The position numbers and the translations under genes were made by a program. The notes below the pieces were generated by a model. That model was not told the origin of the DNA and searched no databases. It worked only from the letters and a program-made list of their open reading frames with translations. Below, piece by piece: positions 19,996 through 29,932 of a stretch of DNA of 64,000 nucleotides (positions are counted from its first letter, which is position 1; every line of letters starts with the position of its first letter). The DNA lies in the sequence record PP359570; one strand, written 5' to 3'. This stretch comes from Escherichia phage ALITA.

Positions 19996-21768
19996 TTAAT
20001 AAGAACCAGCAGAAATATTTTCTGGGTTACTTGTGTATTGATCGTAATCGTGAAGTGTAGCTGTTTTAATCTCATAGAAGAAACTACCTGCTGCACCAGT
20101 CTCTGAGAACTCACGGTTCTTTAGAATGTAGCAATATGTGCGGTTACGTTCCATAGGATCTTCAGCTTGTTTATCACGCTCCAGCGCAATTGTGATACCA
20201 GCACCTTTAGCAAGGAAGCTACTACCCATTGCATCATCTTCTACAATATGTTCATTACTATTGTTAGAAGACTTTTTAACGTGTGAAATTACAACAATGG
20301 TTATTGCATACTCTTTCATAATGCGTTTCAGCCACGTCGCAAGTTCCTCTTGTTGTGACACGTCCATACCAGAAAGCAAATCAGAATAAGGGTCGATAAC
20401 AAGAATGGTTACTCCGAAATAAATAATCATTTCCAGAACCTTCTCTTTAATCACATCTACGTTAGCTCCACGATCATCACAAACATAGAAACGTGGTGTT
20501 CCATCTTCTCGTTCGTAAAAATCACGAATCTTTTCTTCATTATCTTTTAAAATCTTTTCCTTCTCTTCTTTCGTTTTACGGTGAAGAGGGATATGCAAGA
20601 ATGAAGACAGTAAGTTACGAGAATACTTCTTATACGTTGCCTCCAAAGATAAAATACCAAGAGTATGTTCTGGGTGTGCAAGAATAATGTGTTTCGTAAT
20701 CTCGTTAACCAACAGTGTCTTACCGATACTTGTTTTTGCAAGTATAACAGTAATTTCTTCTTCTACCAAGCCTCCACCTAACATATTCGAAGCAACACGC
20801 ATGAATGGAGGAAGGGTGATCATTTTAGCTTCCAGGCATTCCAAGGCTGCTTCATATAGTACGTTAGAAGCGTAAACACCAGCAGGTGTGTACAGTTTAG
20901 CTTTGAAAAAGCGATCAATAAAATGATCAATTTTTCCTTCTACTAGTGCCTGGTTAGGATCTTTAACATCCGTTAGTTCCATCACGTAAACTTTATTACG
21001 TGGTAAGATTTTAACACATTTCTCAACTGCTGCACGTCCAGCTTCATCATTATCCATACATAGAACAATCTTTTTAAATTGATCTAAGAATTTATAACGA
21101 TGTTGAAGCTGCTTATGCAGAGATGTTTCGCCACAAGTACCAGATACTACAGCAGGAACAGGATATTTACCACCCTTGTTATAATCTTTTAGCATCTGTG
21201 TTGCAGCCAGCATATCGTGTTCACCACCAACGATTAGAATAGTACCGCTGTGGTTACGATATTTAAACTCCCCAAAAAGATCACAATCCTTTCCTGTTTC
21301 ACCGATAGGATGTGAGAAATCTTTTGGATCGATACGTTGTTTATACCCAGCAATATTGTAATCTTTAGTTGTAGGGTATAGTGTTGAAATTACTTCGCCA
21401 GTAGCTTCATCGTACATATAACGTACACCGAAAGGCTTAGAGATATCTTCACGAATACCGCGATAACCTTTTGGATTAGTTCCAGTGCTGGCTTTTAGTT
21501 TATCATGTACTTCTGGATTAAACTCACTACCCAAGATATCCTCCTCTTCAATTTCTTCGCCGTGTGCATTTAACCATTTTTGATCAGGGATAGTAAAGCC
21601 ACAAGAAAAACAATGTGCGCCTCGATGGTCTTCATCGGCATCTAAGCCATATACCATCAAATTGTTTTGTGATCGATCACGCCCTCCTTTCATACAACGA
21701 GGACACCCAGTATGTCCTTCTTGACTTAGATCAATGTTATACCCATATTTATTTACAACATAAGACAC
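19996..21768 (-). CDS. Primase-helicase (T7 gp4-like)
   Basis: 590 aa; N-terminal zinc ribbon CPRC...CFSCGF, then DnaB-like helicase with Walker A LAKTSIGKT. Confidence 0.9.
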   Translation of the reverse strand: MSYVVNKYGYNIDLSQEGHTGCPRCMKGGRDRSQNNLMVYGLDADEDHRGAHCFSCGFTIPDQKWLNAHGEEIEEEDILGSEFNPEVHDKLKASTGTNPKGYRGIREDISKPFGVRYMYDEATGEVISTLYPTTKDYNIAGYKQRIDPKDFSHPIGETGKDCDLFGEFKYRNHSGTILIVGGEHDMLAATQMLKDYNKGGKYPVPAVVSGTCGETSLHKQLQHRYKFLDQFKKIVLCMDNDEAGRAAVEKCVKILPRNKVYVMELTDVKDPNQALVEGKIDHFIDRFFKAKLYTPAGVYASNVLYEAALECLEAKMITLPPFMRVASNMLGGGLVEEEITVILAKTSIGKTLLVNEITKHIILAHPEHTLGILSLEATYKKYSRNLLSSFLHIPLHRKTKEEKEKILKDNEEKIRDFYEREDGTPRFYVCDDRGANVDVIKEKVLEMIIYFGVTILVIDPYSDLLSGMDVSQQEELATWLKRIMKEYAITIVVISHVKKSSNNSNEHIVEDDAMGSSFLAKGAGITIALERDKQAEDPMERNRTYCYILKNREFSETGAAGSFFYEIKTATLHDYDQYTSNPENISAGSY

Positions 21769-21780
21769 AGGATTCTCCTA

Positions 21781-22050
21781 CTAAAATGATTCGTTTGTCT
21801 CCATAATATATTGCATTTCCAAATCTTCCATATGTTTCTTAAATTGGTAAACAATTTCCGATGGGGAAATATCTATATCAAAAAGTTCTTTTGTACCAGA
21901 ATAAAACCTAATACCATCAACAATAAGACCACCATAATAATCCCAATCACTTTCTCGTGAGAAAGGGTTAGGTTCTTCATAATAGTAATCTACTTCAACA
22001 ATAATAGGTTCTTTATTATCTTGTTTATACTCAAAATCAAAAGTGTGCAT
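21781..22050 (-). CDS. Hypothetical protein
   Basis: 89 aa, SD GAGGA. Confidence 0.45.
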   Translation of the reverse strand: MHTFDFEYKQDNKEPIIVEVDYYYEEPNPFSRESDWDYYGGLIVDGIRFYSGTKELFDIDISPSEIVYQFKKHMEDLEMQYIMETNESF

Positions 22051-22985
22051 TATAAATCCTCGATAAGCAGTCTGCGGGTTTCATTTAAATTGTAGTTATC
22101 TCTTACATACTTAGCAAGAGCCAATCCTTTCTCAATACAAACATCAGGGGATTCGATTAAGTATTCTACAATATCTTTCCACTCTTTAACTGAATCAGCA
22201 AAGAAGATTAGATCTTTAAATTCTTCAGTATAATAGTTCTCTCGTGGCGAACAAACGAGTGGCAAACCTTTAGCACCAGCTTCAAGAATTTTTAAATTAC
22301 TTTTGGCATTATTAAAATGATTATTTACTAATGGAGCTATGGAGATTTGATGACCATCGTATGCTTCCATATAACACTCATAAGGACGAATACCTTCATA
22401 AACACAATCTGGTTGAATATTTTCTTTAATTTGCAACCATTGAGCACTACTTAACTCTTCGTGATCTCTACGAAATCCACATAAAGTTAAATCTTTACCA
22501 AAATCAGGAAGAATTGCTAAATCATGTTTATGTGTTTCACTTCCCGCCCAAACCAGTGGACTTTTAGAATAACGATCTTTAGTAAGAACAAACTGTCCTT
22601 CATCAAAAGGTAGTCCGTTAGGCACAATATGTACATTATCATTGTATTGGCTTAATTCAACCTTTAATGCCGGAGTTGTTGTAGTTACAAGATCACTTCT
22701 TTCAAGGAACCATTTTAGGTCATCTCGGATTTGATTTTCAAATAATCCTTCAAGCATATGCCCTTCAGGAATAATTAAAGAATCATCCAGATCCATTACC
22801 AATTTAAACCCAAGTTGTTTAAGAGCCAGGAAACCTGGCTTTCCACGTGTTGGTACTCCATTGAACACAAAAATATTATGCTTAGGATTAATTGTCAGTT
22901 TGCGTTTATATGGCAAAATGATTCTATGAAAATCACATACACTATACTTTTCATTTCCGCGTGTGTCAAGAATAATATTAGGCAT
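22050..22985 (-). CDS. Glycosyltransferase (GT-B fold, group-1-like)
   Basis: 311 aa; C-terminal motif ISIAPLVNNHFNNAKSNLKILEAGAKGLPLVCSP; paralog of next gene. Confidence 0.65.
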   Translation of the reverse strand: MPNIILDTRGNEKYSVCDFHRIILPYKRKLTINPKHNIFVFNGVPTRGKPGFLALKQLGFKLVMDLDDSLIIPEGHMLEGLFENQIRDDLKWFLERSDLVTTTTPALKVELSQYNDNVHIVPNGLPFDEGQFVLTKDRYSKSPLVWAGSETHKHDLAILPDFGKDLTLCGFRRDHEELSSAQWLQIKENIQPDCVYEGIRPYECYMEAYDGHQISIAPLVNNHFNNAKSNLKILEAGAKGLPLVCSPRENYYTEEFKDLIFFADSVKEWKDIVEYLIESPDVCIEKGLALAKYVRDNYNLNETRRLLIEDL

Positions 22986-22996
22986 ATATCTCCTTG

Positions 22997-23971
22997 TTAA
23001 AGACTTTCAATAACTTGACGACGCAGTTCATTGGCATCTGCAAGATTATAATTAAGACGAACGTGTTCTGCAAGCATCATACCACGATCTTCTGTGTATC
23101 TAGGGTTCCTCATTAGCTTGACAACTTCATAATGCCAAGATGCTTTAGAGTCTGCATAGATAACAGCCTTTGCATCTACCGGATTGAAGTACGGCAGCAC
23201 AGGAGAACAGATAATAGGAAGACCCTTTGCACCTGCTTCCAAAATCTTCAAATTGCTTTTACAGTTGTTGAAGTCATTATCTACCAGGGGAGCAATTGCA
23301 ATACTGTGACCGTCATACACAGACATATACTCACCTAAATTTTTAATAGCTGGTTTATACTGTGCATTTGGAATCTTACGTTTTATTTTAACCCACTCCG
23401 CAGTAGTTAGATACTGACTATTATTTCCAACAGGTGCAGAAGGATACACTTCATACCCTGCAATTGTCAATAGTGTATCATCAAATGTATTAGCTACAAG
23501 AGATAAATCAGGTTCGTGGCTTGCTCCTCCAGCCCAGATAATAGGCGTGTCAGAATTACGGTCTTTTGTCAAAGTAAATTGACCTTCGTCGTAAGGTAGT
23601 GCGTTTCTAATAACGACAACATTACGATTTAAATGACGAATTTTGTAAGCTAGGTATTCTGTTGTTACAGTAACAACATCTGCTAACTTGACCATCTCTA
23701 CAATAGTCTTTGAGTGATTAGTAAATACGCCAGCCATATAATGTTCAGGATTAAGTGAATAAAAATCATCTAAATCAACAATAATCTTAACACCTTGTGC
23801 CTTCAGGCGTTTAACCTCGTCTGCTCCACGAGAATACACTCTATTAAAAACTAAAACGTCTTTCTTAGGTTTAAACGTATTTCCAGCAAATGGCATTACA
23901 ATACGATGGTAATCACAACCACTGCCTAACTTATTATCACACTTAAGTACAGGAGTATTAGGATTTACCAT
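22997..23971 (-). CDS. Glycosyltransferase (GT-B fold), paralog
   Basis: Start set at ATG with SD AGGAGG (MVNPNTPVL...); motif IAIAPLVDNDFNNCKSNLKILEAGAKGLPIICSP. Confidence 0.65.
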   Translation of the reverse strand: MVNPNTPVLKCDNKLGSGCDYHRIVMPFAGNTFKPKKDVLVFNRVYSRGADEVKRLKAQGVKIIVDLDDFYSLNPEHYMAGVFTNHSKTIVEMVKLADVVTVTTEYLAYKIRHLNRNVVVIRNALPYDEGQFTLTKDRNSDTPIIWAGGASHEPDLSLVANTFDDTLLTIAGYEVYPSAPVGNNSQYLTTAEWVKIKRKIPNAQYKPAIKNLGEYMSVYDGHSIAIAPLVDNDFNNCKSNLKILEAGAKGLPIICSPVLPYFNPVDAKAVIYADSKASWHYEVVKLMRNPRYTEDRGMMLAEHVRLNYNLADANELRRQVIESL

Positions 23972-24644
23972 ATTTTTGAGCCTCCTCATAAGAGATAAAA
24001 GTTTTACCATTGCGAAGATCCTCCAGTGATTGTTTATATTGTTCCCAGTTTACACCAATCCCCTGTTCTTTCTCTTCTTTTGACAGATTCGCAAAAGGTA
24101 AAGGATTATCTCCAAATACATCATCAGGATGGATAAACGCCATAATTCGAATAGGACATGGCACGCCTTGAATACCTCGGTTCAAACCTGCCAGTGGAAC
24201 GCGATGAATCCACTCTGCATCTTCATATCCATAACCGTGGGTGTATGAGCGGAAATAGCCAGCTTTCTCAATAACTGCACGGGAATACATACCAAACTGG
24301 CACATACCTAGTTCCCAAATAACCACTTCCCCTTCAATACCTTTTACTTTATCTTTAAAGTATTCAGGCATACCAAAGAAATCCCAACCATTTTCCTTCG
24401 CCTGTTTTACAAAATATGTTTCCCAACCTTGAACAACAGGATAGCAATCATCATCAAAAATAAACCAGTAATCATACCCTTCATCATAAAACTTTTTCAT
24501 CAGTTCATTACGAGCATATGCAACACCTTTTCGTTCCCGATCATACTGTACAACAAAAGTAGCATTAGGATCAGTCACAAGATAATCTTTAAGAGGACGC
24601 TTACCTACAGTAATAACACCAACACCAATTTTTGTATTTTCCAA
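23958..24644 (-). CDS. Glycosyltransferase (GT-A fold, DxD)
   Basis: 228 aa; YWFIFDDDCYP DxD-type motif. Confidence 0.6.
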   Translation of the reverse strand: MENTKIGVGVITVGKRPLKDYLVTDPNATFVVQYDRERKGVAYARNELMKKFYDEGYDYWFIFDDDCYPVVQGWETYFVKQAKENGWDFFGMPEYFKDKVKGIEGEVVIWELGMCQFGMYSRAVIEKAGYFRSYTHGYGYEDAEWIHRVPLAGLNRGIQGVPCPIRIMAFIHPDDVFGDNPLPFANLSKEEKEQGIGVNWEQYKQSLEDLRNGKTFISYEEAQKYGKS

Positions 24645-24653
24645 AATAACTCC

Positions 24654-25217
24654 TTAAATAATTTTATTCATGTCTTGACAATGTAAAAGGTGTGAAATAG
24701 CTTTTCTAGGATCATCATTACCTAAACGGTATGTGTGAAATAAATATAACCCACGTAGTAAACCTAGCCTTTTATTGTTAGCGTGCAATGCTTTAGAGAA
24801 AATTATATCAAACTGTATTGATCTTTCCTCAAAAGGGATTTCATTCCACAGACTCTTACGAAAGAGAAGAAAGAATCCTGCTAAGATAGCATCTGTAGGT
24901 ACTTCCTCTATTGAGTTTCCCCATTCTAGATGTGCTCTTTTTGCAATCTCAATGTGGTGTAATATATTCGGATCTTCACTTCTTTCATTATTAAATAATT
25001 GATATGTTGATCCCAATCTATTACAAGATGCACCAAGAACATCAAAATCAGGATTTGAACGGACTATTGATTCCAGCCAAGCAGGTTGTTCTGGAAGAAG
25101 AAACATTGTATCAATGTCTCTTAGGCAAATCCAACTATCTTCTGGTAAGACACTTATTGTGTCATTGATACCTTTTCCAATATCTCCAGAAAGATAGGGA
25201 GTTATGTGAAATATCAT
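24654..25217 (-). CDS. Putative glycosyltransferase-like protein
   Basis: 187 aa; CLRDIDTMF acidic motif; adjacent to three GT genes. Confidence 0.4.
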   Translation of the reverse strand: MIFHITPYLSGDIGKGINDTISVLPEDSWICLRDIDTMFLLPEQPAWLESIVRSNPDFDVLGASCNRLGSTYQLFNNERSEDPNILHHIEIAKRAHLEWGNSIEEVPTDAILAGFFLLFRKSLWNEIPFEERSIQFDIIFSKALHANNKRLGLLRGLYLFHTYRLGNDDPRKAISHLLHCQDMNKII

Positions 25218-25274
25218 ACTCCCTCCGTATTATTACTTTAGCATTTTTAGACTAAAAAGTCCAAATGGTTTTAC

Positions 25275-25469
25275 CTATTGATTACGTTTTGCGAGTTCCA
25301 TTTGGATAGCTAAACTGTGATCTCGTGCTTCCATATACTCTTTATATGTTTCATTAAGATGATCACGACAAACATCACGCAGTTTAATCAGTTTATCTGT
25401 AGGGATACCACTAAGATCATCCCAAGATTTTACAACTTCACCAGTATCATTGATCCCAATGGTTTTCAT
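25275..25469 (-). CDS. Hypothetical small protein
   Basis: 64-aa ORF. Confidence 0.4.
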   Translation of the reverse strand: MKTIGINDTGEVVKSWDDLSGIPTDKLIKLRDVCRDHLNETYKEYMEARDHSLAIQMELAKRNQ

Positions 25470-25677
25470 CTACAACCTCCTTAATTGCTACAGCACAGTT
25501 TTTGCAGATACACTGCCCTTTACCTTTAGAAATCTGGATGTAAGGTTCATTTTCATTTTCGCCCTTACGTGAGTCATATATTACAGTATTGAAGCACACA
25601 ACGCAAATATTTTTTAAGATTGTATACTTATCAACTTTCTTTTTTGTTTTAAAGTTAACTTCAATAACATCAGCCAT
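25447..25677 (-). CDS. Small Cys-rich (zinc-ribbon-like) protein
   Basis: Start at internal ATG (MADVIEV...); CxxC...CxxC. Confidence 0.4.
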   Translation of the reverse strand: MADVIEVNFKTKKKVDKYTILKNICVVCFNTVIYDSRKGENENEPYIQISKGKGQCICKNCAVAIKEVVDENHWDQ

Positions 25678-25955
25678 CAGTGTAACACTCCCAGTATGTT
25701 GCTTTGTGACATAACCATAGAACATTCAACATTATCGTGACTACGTGAAAAACGTTCCCAAACATCTTCATCGACTCGTAAAGCTATACAAGGATAGACG
25801 TTATCATTGATCATTTCAATTGAATAAACATCCATATTGTCTTCGTCTTCGATGAACATCATTGCAAACTGTTCTAAATGTTTCCTAATGTAATGTACAT
25901 CCTCTTCTGTAAGACCAATAACAAGATAACTTGCAACGATAACGCCATCTTTCAT
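25677..25955 (-). CDS. Hypothetical protein
   Basis: 92-aa ORF. Confidence 0.45.
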   Translation of the reverse strand: MKDGVIVASYLVIGLTEEDVHYIRKHLEQFAMMFIEDEDNMDVYSIEMINDNVYPCIALRVDEDVWERFSRSHDNVECSMVMSQSNILGVLH

Positions 25956-25965
25956 CTATATCTCC

Positions 25966-26475
25966 TTAGCGATAAAATTGATGTTCTTTGTAGCGGTACA
26001 CTAGAACCATATCTTTTTCCCAGTGTGCTCTTATTGTAGATTTTTTAAAGTATAATGCTCCTTTTGTAATATCTAATGCAATTCGTAATTCTGGAAAATG
26101 CGTATCGAGATAAAGTAGACGTTCTGCTATAGCCTTAGCTTCCTTCCACTTATCACGTTCCATAACGTTGAATGTCTTTGTGTAAGAGAATTGTCCTTTT
26201 TGAAACAAAACTTCTTTTATAGTATCAGGGAAATATGAATCTCTAGCCCTATTCAATACTACATTACCAACAGCAGACATACCGCGCTTTCCTTGATTAC
26301 GACTTTCTGCATAGATTGCACAAGCTAATAGATTTTCTTTACTATCACGCTTTGTACACTTGTGAACTACTTTAGCAGTTTTTACGTTTGCAGCTTCGGC
26401 TTGCGCCACAACAGGTGTAAATGTAAAAGCAGTTAAGGATAGTAACGCAATTGCGACAAAGGTTTTTATTGACAA
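25966..26475 (-). CDS. Cell wall hydrolase (SleB/Hydrolase_2 family) with N-terminal signal peptide; putative secreted endolysin
   Basis: 169 aa; signal peptide MSIKTFVAIALLSLTAFTFTPVVAQA; motif AIYAESRNQGKRGMSAVGNVVLNRAR. Confidence 0.75.
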   Translation of the reverse strand: MSIKTFVAIALLSLTAFTFTPVVAQAEAANVKTAKVVHKCTKRDSKENLLACAIYAESRNQGKRGMSAVGNVVLNRARDSYFPDTIKEVLFQKGQFSYTKTFNVMERDKWKEAKAIAERLLYLDTHFPELRIALDITKGALYFKKSTIRAHWEKDMVLVYRYKEHQFYR

Positions 26476-26538
26476 ACTTGCCTCCTATTTTGTTAAACGA
26501 ACTTTTATTGTAACACAGAAGAGGCTGTTTTGCAAGTG

Positions 26539-26558
26539 GAGGGGGATAATCCCCCTCT
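26539..26558 (-). promoter_or_regulatory. GC-rich hairpin between genes (attenuator/processing site)
   Basis: GGAGGGGGAT-AA-TCCCCCTC. Confidence 0.35.
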
Positions 26559-26567
26559 TACATTCTG

Positions 26568-27170
26568 TTAGATGTTGTAAACCTTTGTATGAGTTACTAC
26601 ACCATCTTCTACAAAATCAATACGTTCTTGATCCGTAACTAGTGCAGACAATACTTTAAATTTAATTGTTACACGTTCAAAAGCTGGTTGACCATCTTTA
26701 AGATAATTATGTTCGGTTGTCACTGTCTTGTTTACAAAATCAACTTTCGCTTTACCGTTTTCGCGCAAGTGGAATGTTTTTCCTGCTTTATACACAATTT
26801 CAACATTACCTTCGAGAGTAATTCCTTCAAAAAGTTCACCCTCTTCTTCATTTTCTTCGCTTTTGAACAGACGACGAAACTCTTCCATATCAAGATAAAC
26901 AACATCTTCAGAATAACTATCAGTAAGGTATGTCTTACCATCCATTAACCCGAAATATTGCCAGATCGCAGAATAAACATCACTAGTTGATCCAAGGGTT
27001 TCTCTGAGTTTAGTTCCACGGATTACTTCATAAACTTCAAAATTGAAACCAGACTGCAAAGCATTAAACAGTACATCACTAACTTCTAAAGCATAATCTT
27101 CATTGTTGTCAATATCCACAAGAAAATTACCGCTGCGAATAAGTTTTTGACCTTCTAAAGTAATACCCAT
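26568..27170 (-). CDS. Hypothetical protein
   Basis: 200-aa ORF. Confidence 0.5.
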   Translation of the reverse strand: MGITLEGQKLIRSGNFLVDIDNNEDYALEVSDVLFNALQSGFNFEVYEVIRGTKLRETLGSTSDVYSAIWQYFGLMDGKTYLTDSYSEDVVYLDMEEFRRLFKSEENEEEGELFEGITLEGNVEIVYKAGKTFHLRENGKAKVDFVNKTVTTEHNYLKDGQPAFERVTIKFKVLSALVTDQERIDFVEDGVVTHTKVYNI

Positions 27171-27197
27171 TGTTTTCTCCTCTTCTATTTAAAATAT

Positions 27198-27213
27198 GCG
27201 CCCCGAAGGGCGC
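27198..27213 (-). terminator. Intrinsic terminator closing the Ter-like operon
   Basis: GCGCCC-CGAA-GGGCGC; on minus strand followed by ATATTTTAAAT. Confidence 0.6.
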
Positions 27214-27222
27214 TATGATTTA

Positions 27223-27819
27223 TTACTCGAACCAATCGTCGCCAGCGCCAAACGCTTTAACTACATCATAAATGTCAAGTCCAGCTTTACCTACACCATA
27301 TGCTTTCAGTTTCCATTCGCTATCTTCCCGCACCAGGGAGGCAACGTGGCAAATGGTATTACCTGCAAGTTCTGGAGCCAAGAAGTCAAAATCCAGCAGT
27401 TCAACGTTACGTTCATCATCGAAGATTTTAAGGAAACCTTCGGTAGCGTGACCAAGGCGTTTCTTACCCGTTTCGTCATCAATAGTGATTACGAATGCAA
27501 TTTCCTGTGCTTCAGCAGAGATATTATCCAGTGTAACATCAATCTGCTCCATTTGTCCTACACCGTCACGAACATCTTCACCTGCAAAAGTAGAACGTTC
27601 AGGATCAAATTTCTGTGCGTAGCATACCAGGTGGCGAGGAGACAACAGTTCCGGCAGACCAGATGCATTGTGTCGGCAAATCAGAGCACTAACATCCAGA
27701 TCCAGTTTTTCGTTAGATTTCCAAGAGAATTCCAGACGAATGCGTTTCAGTGCTGGTGCAATCTTTTTCAGAGAAACTTTTTCGCTAGAACCTTTTTTCA
27801 GGGAAATTTTCTGAGTCAT
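27223..27819 (-). CDS. TerD-family protein (tellurium-resistance/stress-response TerD domain)
   Basis: 198 aa; alignable by eye over full length to E. coli TerD (MTQKISLKKG..VSLKK, LDLDVSAL, IAFVITIDD, EWKLKAYGVGKAGLD). Confidence 0.85.
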   Translation of the reverse strand: MTQKISLKKGSSEKVSLKKIAPALKRIRLEFSWKSNEKLDLDVSALICRHNASGLPELLSPRHLVCYAQKFDPERSTFAGEDVRDGVGQMEQIDVTLDNISAEAQEIAFVITIDDETGKKRLGHATEGFLKIFDDERNVELLDFDFLAPELAGNTICHVASLVREDSEWKLKAYGVGKAGLDIYDVVKAFGAGDDWFE

Positions 27820-27891
27820 AATTTATTATCTCCTTTGTTGTTAATTTACGTTGTCTATTTTACTAATCTTTTCTACAAAGTCAAGCGTTTT

Positions 27892-28686
27892 TTACGCTTT
27901 TGCTCCAAATTTTTTAACCCACTCGCCAAACTCTTCGGATAGCAGTTTATCGTAAAGTTCTTCGTCAGACAAGGACAAATCTGCAATACCGATAAAATCA
28001 ACGTTATCGTATTCTTTTGCCAAGTCTTTCAGGAATTTAAAGTTTGCATTACCTACACCAACCATAAACCAGTAAACAGGAGTGTTGCGGTGTTTGTTCA
28101 GCAAACTACGTACTGCTGAAGTATCCATGTTCTCCCCGTCAGTTTGGAAGAAAATCATTGCAGGAGTACGATCAACTTGTGCATCAGTATCTACAACCTG
28201 TTCTACAACAGTACGTGTAACTTCTACACGTTCTTTTTTACCAGTTAGTTTAGCAAGGAAACCCTTAGCCGGAACTTCTTCATACTCAACGACTTCGCGT
28301 GTAATATTTTTCATAGGTACACTACCGAAGTATGTATCATAGATCTCTTGCATTACTGGAGCATAAGCTGTACCACCATTGATGCAAACATTAGACATAC
28401 AAGAGCCGACATAATCATCATATACATCAGCCGTTGCAGGAGGCAGTTCAAAAGAAGAACTATTGAAAGCCCACATGTCAATCTGTGCATTATCATCAAA
28501 CTTCATACCAAACGGCAGCAGCTTACCTACAAAATCACTAACAGTGCCATCACGATACAGCTCACACATACTACCCGAAATATCTAAGGCGCTACCGACA
28601 CGAAGAACAACATCGTTAATCTTTTTCTTACGCAGAGATACGGTAAGAGTTTCTTGACGTTTTTTAAGACTGATTTTATTGGACAT
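27892..28686 (-). CDS. von Willebrand factor A (vWA) domain protein, TerY-like
   Basis: 264 aa; MIDAS motif DISGSM; adjacent to TerD. Confidence 0.7.
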   Translation of the reverse strand: MSNKISLKKRQETLTVSLRKKKINDVVLRVGSALDISGSMCELYRDGTVSDFVGKLLPFGMKFDDNAQIDMWAFNSSSFELPPATADVYDDYVGSCMSNVCINGGTAYAPVMQEIYDTYFGSVPMKNITREVVEYEEVPAKGFLAKLTGKKERVEVTRTVVEQVVDTDAQVDRTPAMIFFQTDGENMDTSAVRSLLNKHRNTPVYWFMVGVGNANFKFLKDLAKEYDNVDFIGIADLSLSDEELYDKLLSEEFGEWVKKFGAKA

Positions 28687-28687
28687 A

Positions 28688-28957
28688 TTATTTCTCCTTT
28701 CTGAGTGTAATGTTAGTAACTTCTAAATCCACTTCTACCACTTCTGTATCATATAAAATACAGTTAAGTTGACCTCTTTGTGAACCGTTCAGACACATTG
28801 CTTGGTTTGTATTAACCTTAATAAACACTAAGTTTCTGAACGTATCTAAACCAGCATCTTGATAGGCAACATAATATACGAATGTATCACCTGTGTCAAG
28901 TTCTCCAAAACATTTAGGTTCATCTGATTTGTCGTCTTTGATATTAAATTTAAGCAC
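28688..28957 (-). CDS. Hypothetical protein
   Basis: 89-aa ORF. Confidence 0.45.
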   Translation of the reverse strand: MLKFNIKDDKSDEPKCFGELDTGDTFVYYVAYQDAGLDTFRNLVFIKVNTNQAMCLNGSQRGQLNCILYDTEVVEVDLEVTNITLRKEK

Positions 28958-29513
28958 TGTCTTCTCCTTTACCTGCTCTCAAGCCTAAATAGAAAGCCTC
29001 TCTGGTGATCTTTTGCAACTCGTTTAAAGAGATAGTTACAACTAAATCATCTTCAATTTCTAGCTTTGAGTCTTCTTCTGTCTCAATGCAAGTATTATGC
29101 ACTTTGTGGTAAGGATTGTCAACACGTTTAAATTTATTATTTTCAGTGCTGAAGAAGCAATCTGGATCTTCTTCCCCATCACCCCAACCCTGGTTAGGAT
29201 CTTCTTCAGATCTTTCTGTTGGGATCTCGCCTGTAAAGTGCTCTTCTAATACCAGAGCAATCCCATCTCCAAGATCGGAAGAGAACATCAAATTACAAAC
29301 TTCTTCCCAAGGCATAGACCACTTAAATCTTTTACGATTGCCATGTTTATCTTCTTCGTTAGAGAAAACACTACCATAGCTATCATAATTCCCATACATC
29401 TCTTCGACAACCTTACCACCTTTCAAAAGAAATAGGTAGCAAGGAGAGCCATCGAAAGAGGTAGAAAGAGCAGCATTACCAGACTCTTTGCACAAGAAAC
29501 TAAAACACCCCAT
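28950..29513 (-). CDS. Hypothetical acidic protein
   Basis: 187-aa ORF. Confidence 0.5.
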   Translation of the reverse strand: MGCFSFLCKESGNAALSTSFDGSPCYLFLLKGGKVVEEMYGNYDSYGSVFSNEEDKHGNRKRFKWSMPWEEVCNLMFSSDLGDGIALVLEEHFTGEIPTERSEEDPNQGWGDGEEDPDCFFSTENNKFKRVDNPYHKVHNTCIETEEDSKLEIEDDLVVTISLNELQKITREAFYLGLRAGKGEDSA

Positions 29514-29713
29514 TATACACCAGCCTTAAGATCAATTAAAGCCAAAGTTGTTTCAGAGTGTGTTTGCTCGTCTACAGGTGCAGTCATATGATAATACAAA
29601 AAATCTTCGGCATCATACCAATCTGATTCTTGACCTTGTTTCCAACCATCAATGAAAGCATCTTCCATAATGGTTTGCAATTCTTCACGAGTTAAGTGAA
29701 TATCTTTACTCAT
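29513..29713 (-). CDS. Hypothetical small protein
   Basis: 66-aa ORF. Confidence 0.4.
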   Translation of the reverse strand: MSKDIHLTREELQTIMEDAFIDGWKQGQESDWYDAEDFLYYHMTAPVDEQTHSETTLALIDLKAGV

Positions 29714-29919
29714 TACACATTCTCCTCTTTTACCAATTCCATTGTTGAATTGTCAAAACCATCTTTAGAAGAATAGGTATAGACAGCACGTAGTTCTCGC
29801 AGGACAGTGAATACATTAGGATCATCTAACCAAGCATCCTGGAGGAGAACATAACGATCTTCATTGTCATACTGGACAGCAATCATAGAGCCAGACAGTT
29901 TGTAAATTTTAATATTCAT
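29713..29919 (-). CDS. Hypothetical small protein
   Basis: Start at internal ATG with SD AAGGAG (MNIKIYK...). Confidence 0.4.
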   Translation of the reverse strand: MNIKIYKLSGSMIAVQYDNEDRYVLLQDAWLDDPNVFTVLRELRAVYTYSSKDGFDNSTMELVKEENV

Positions 29920-29932
29920 AATATATTTCTCC

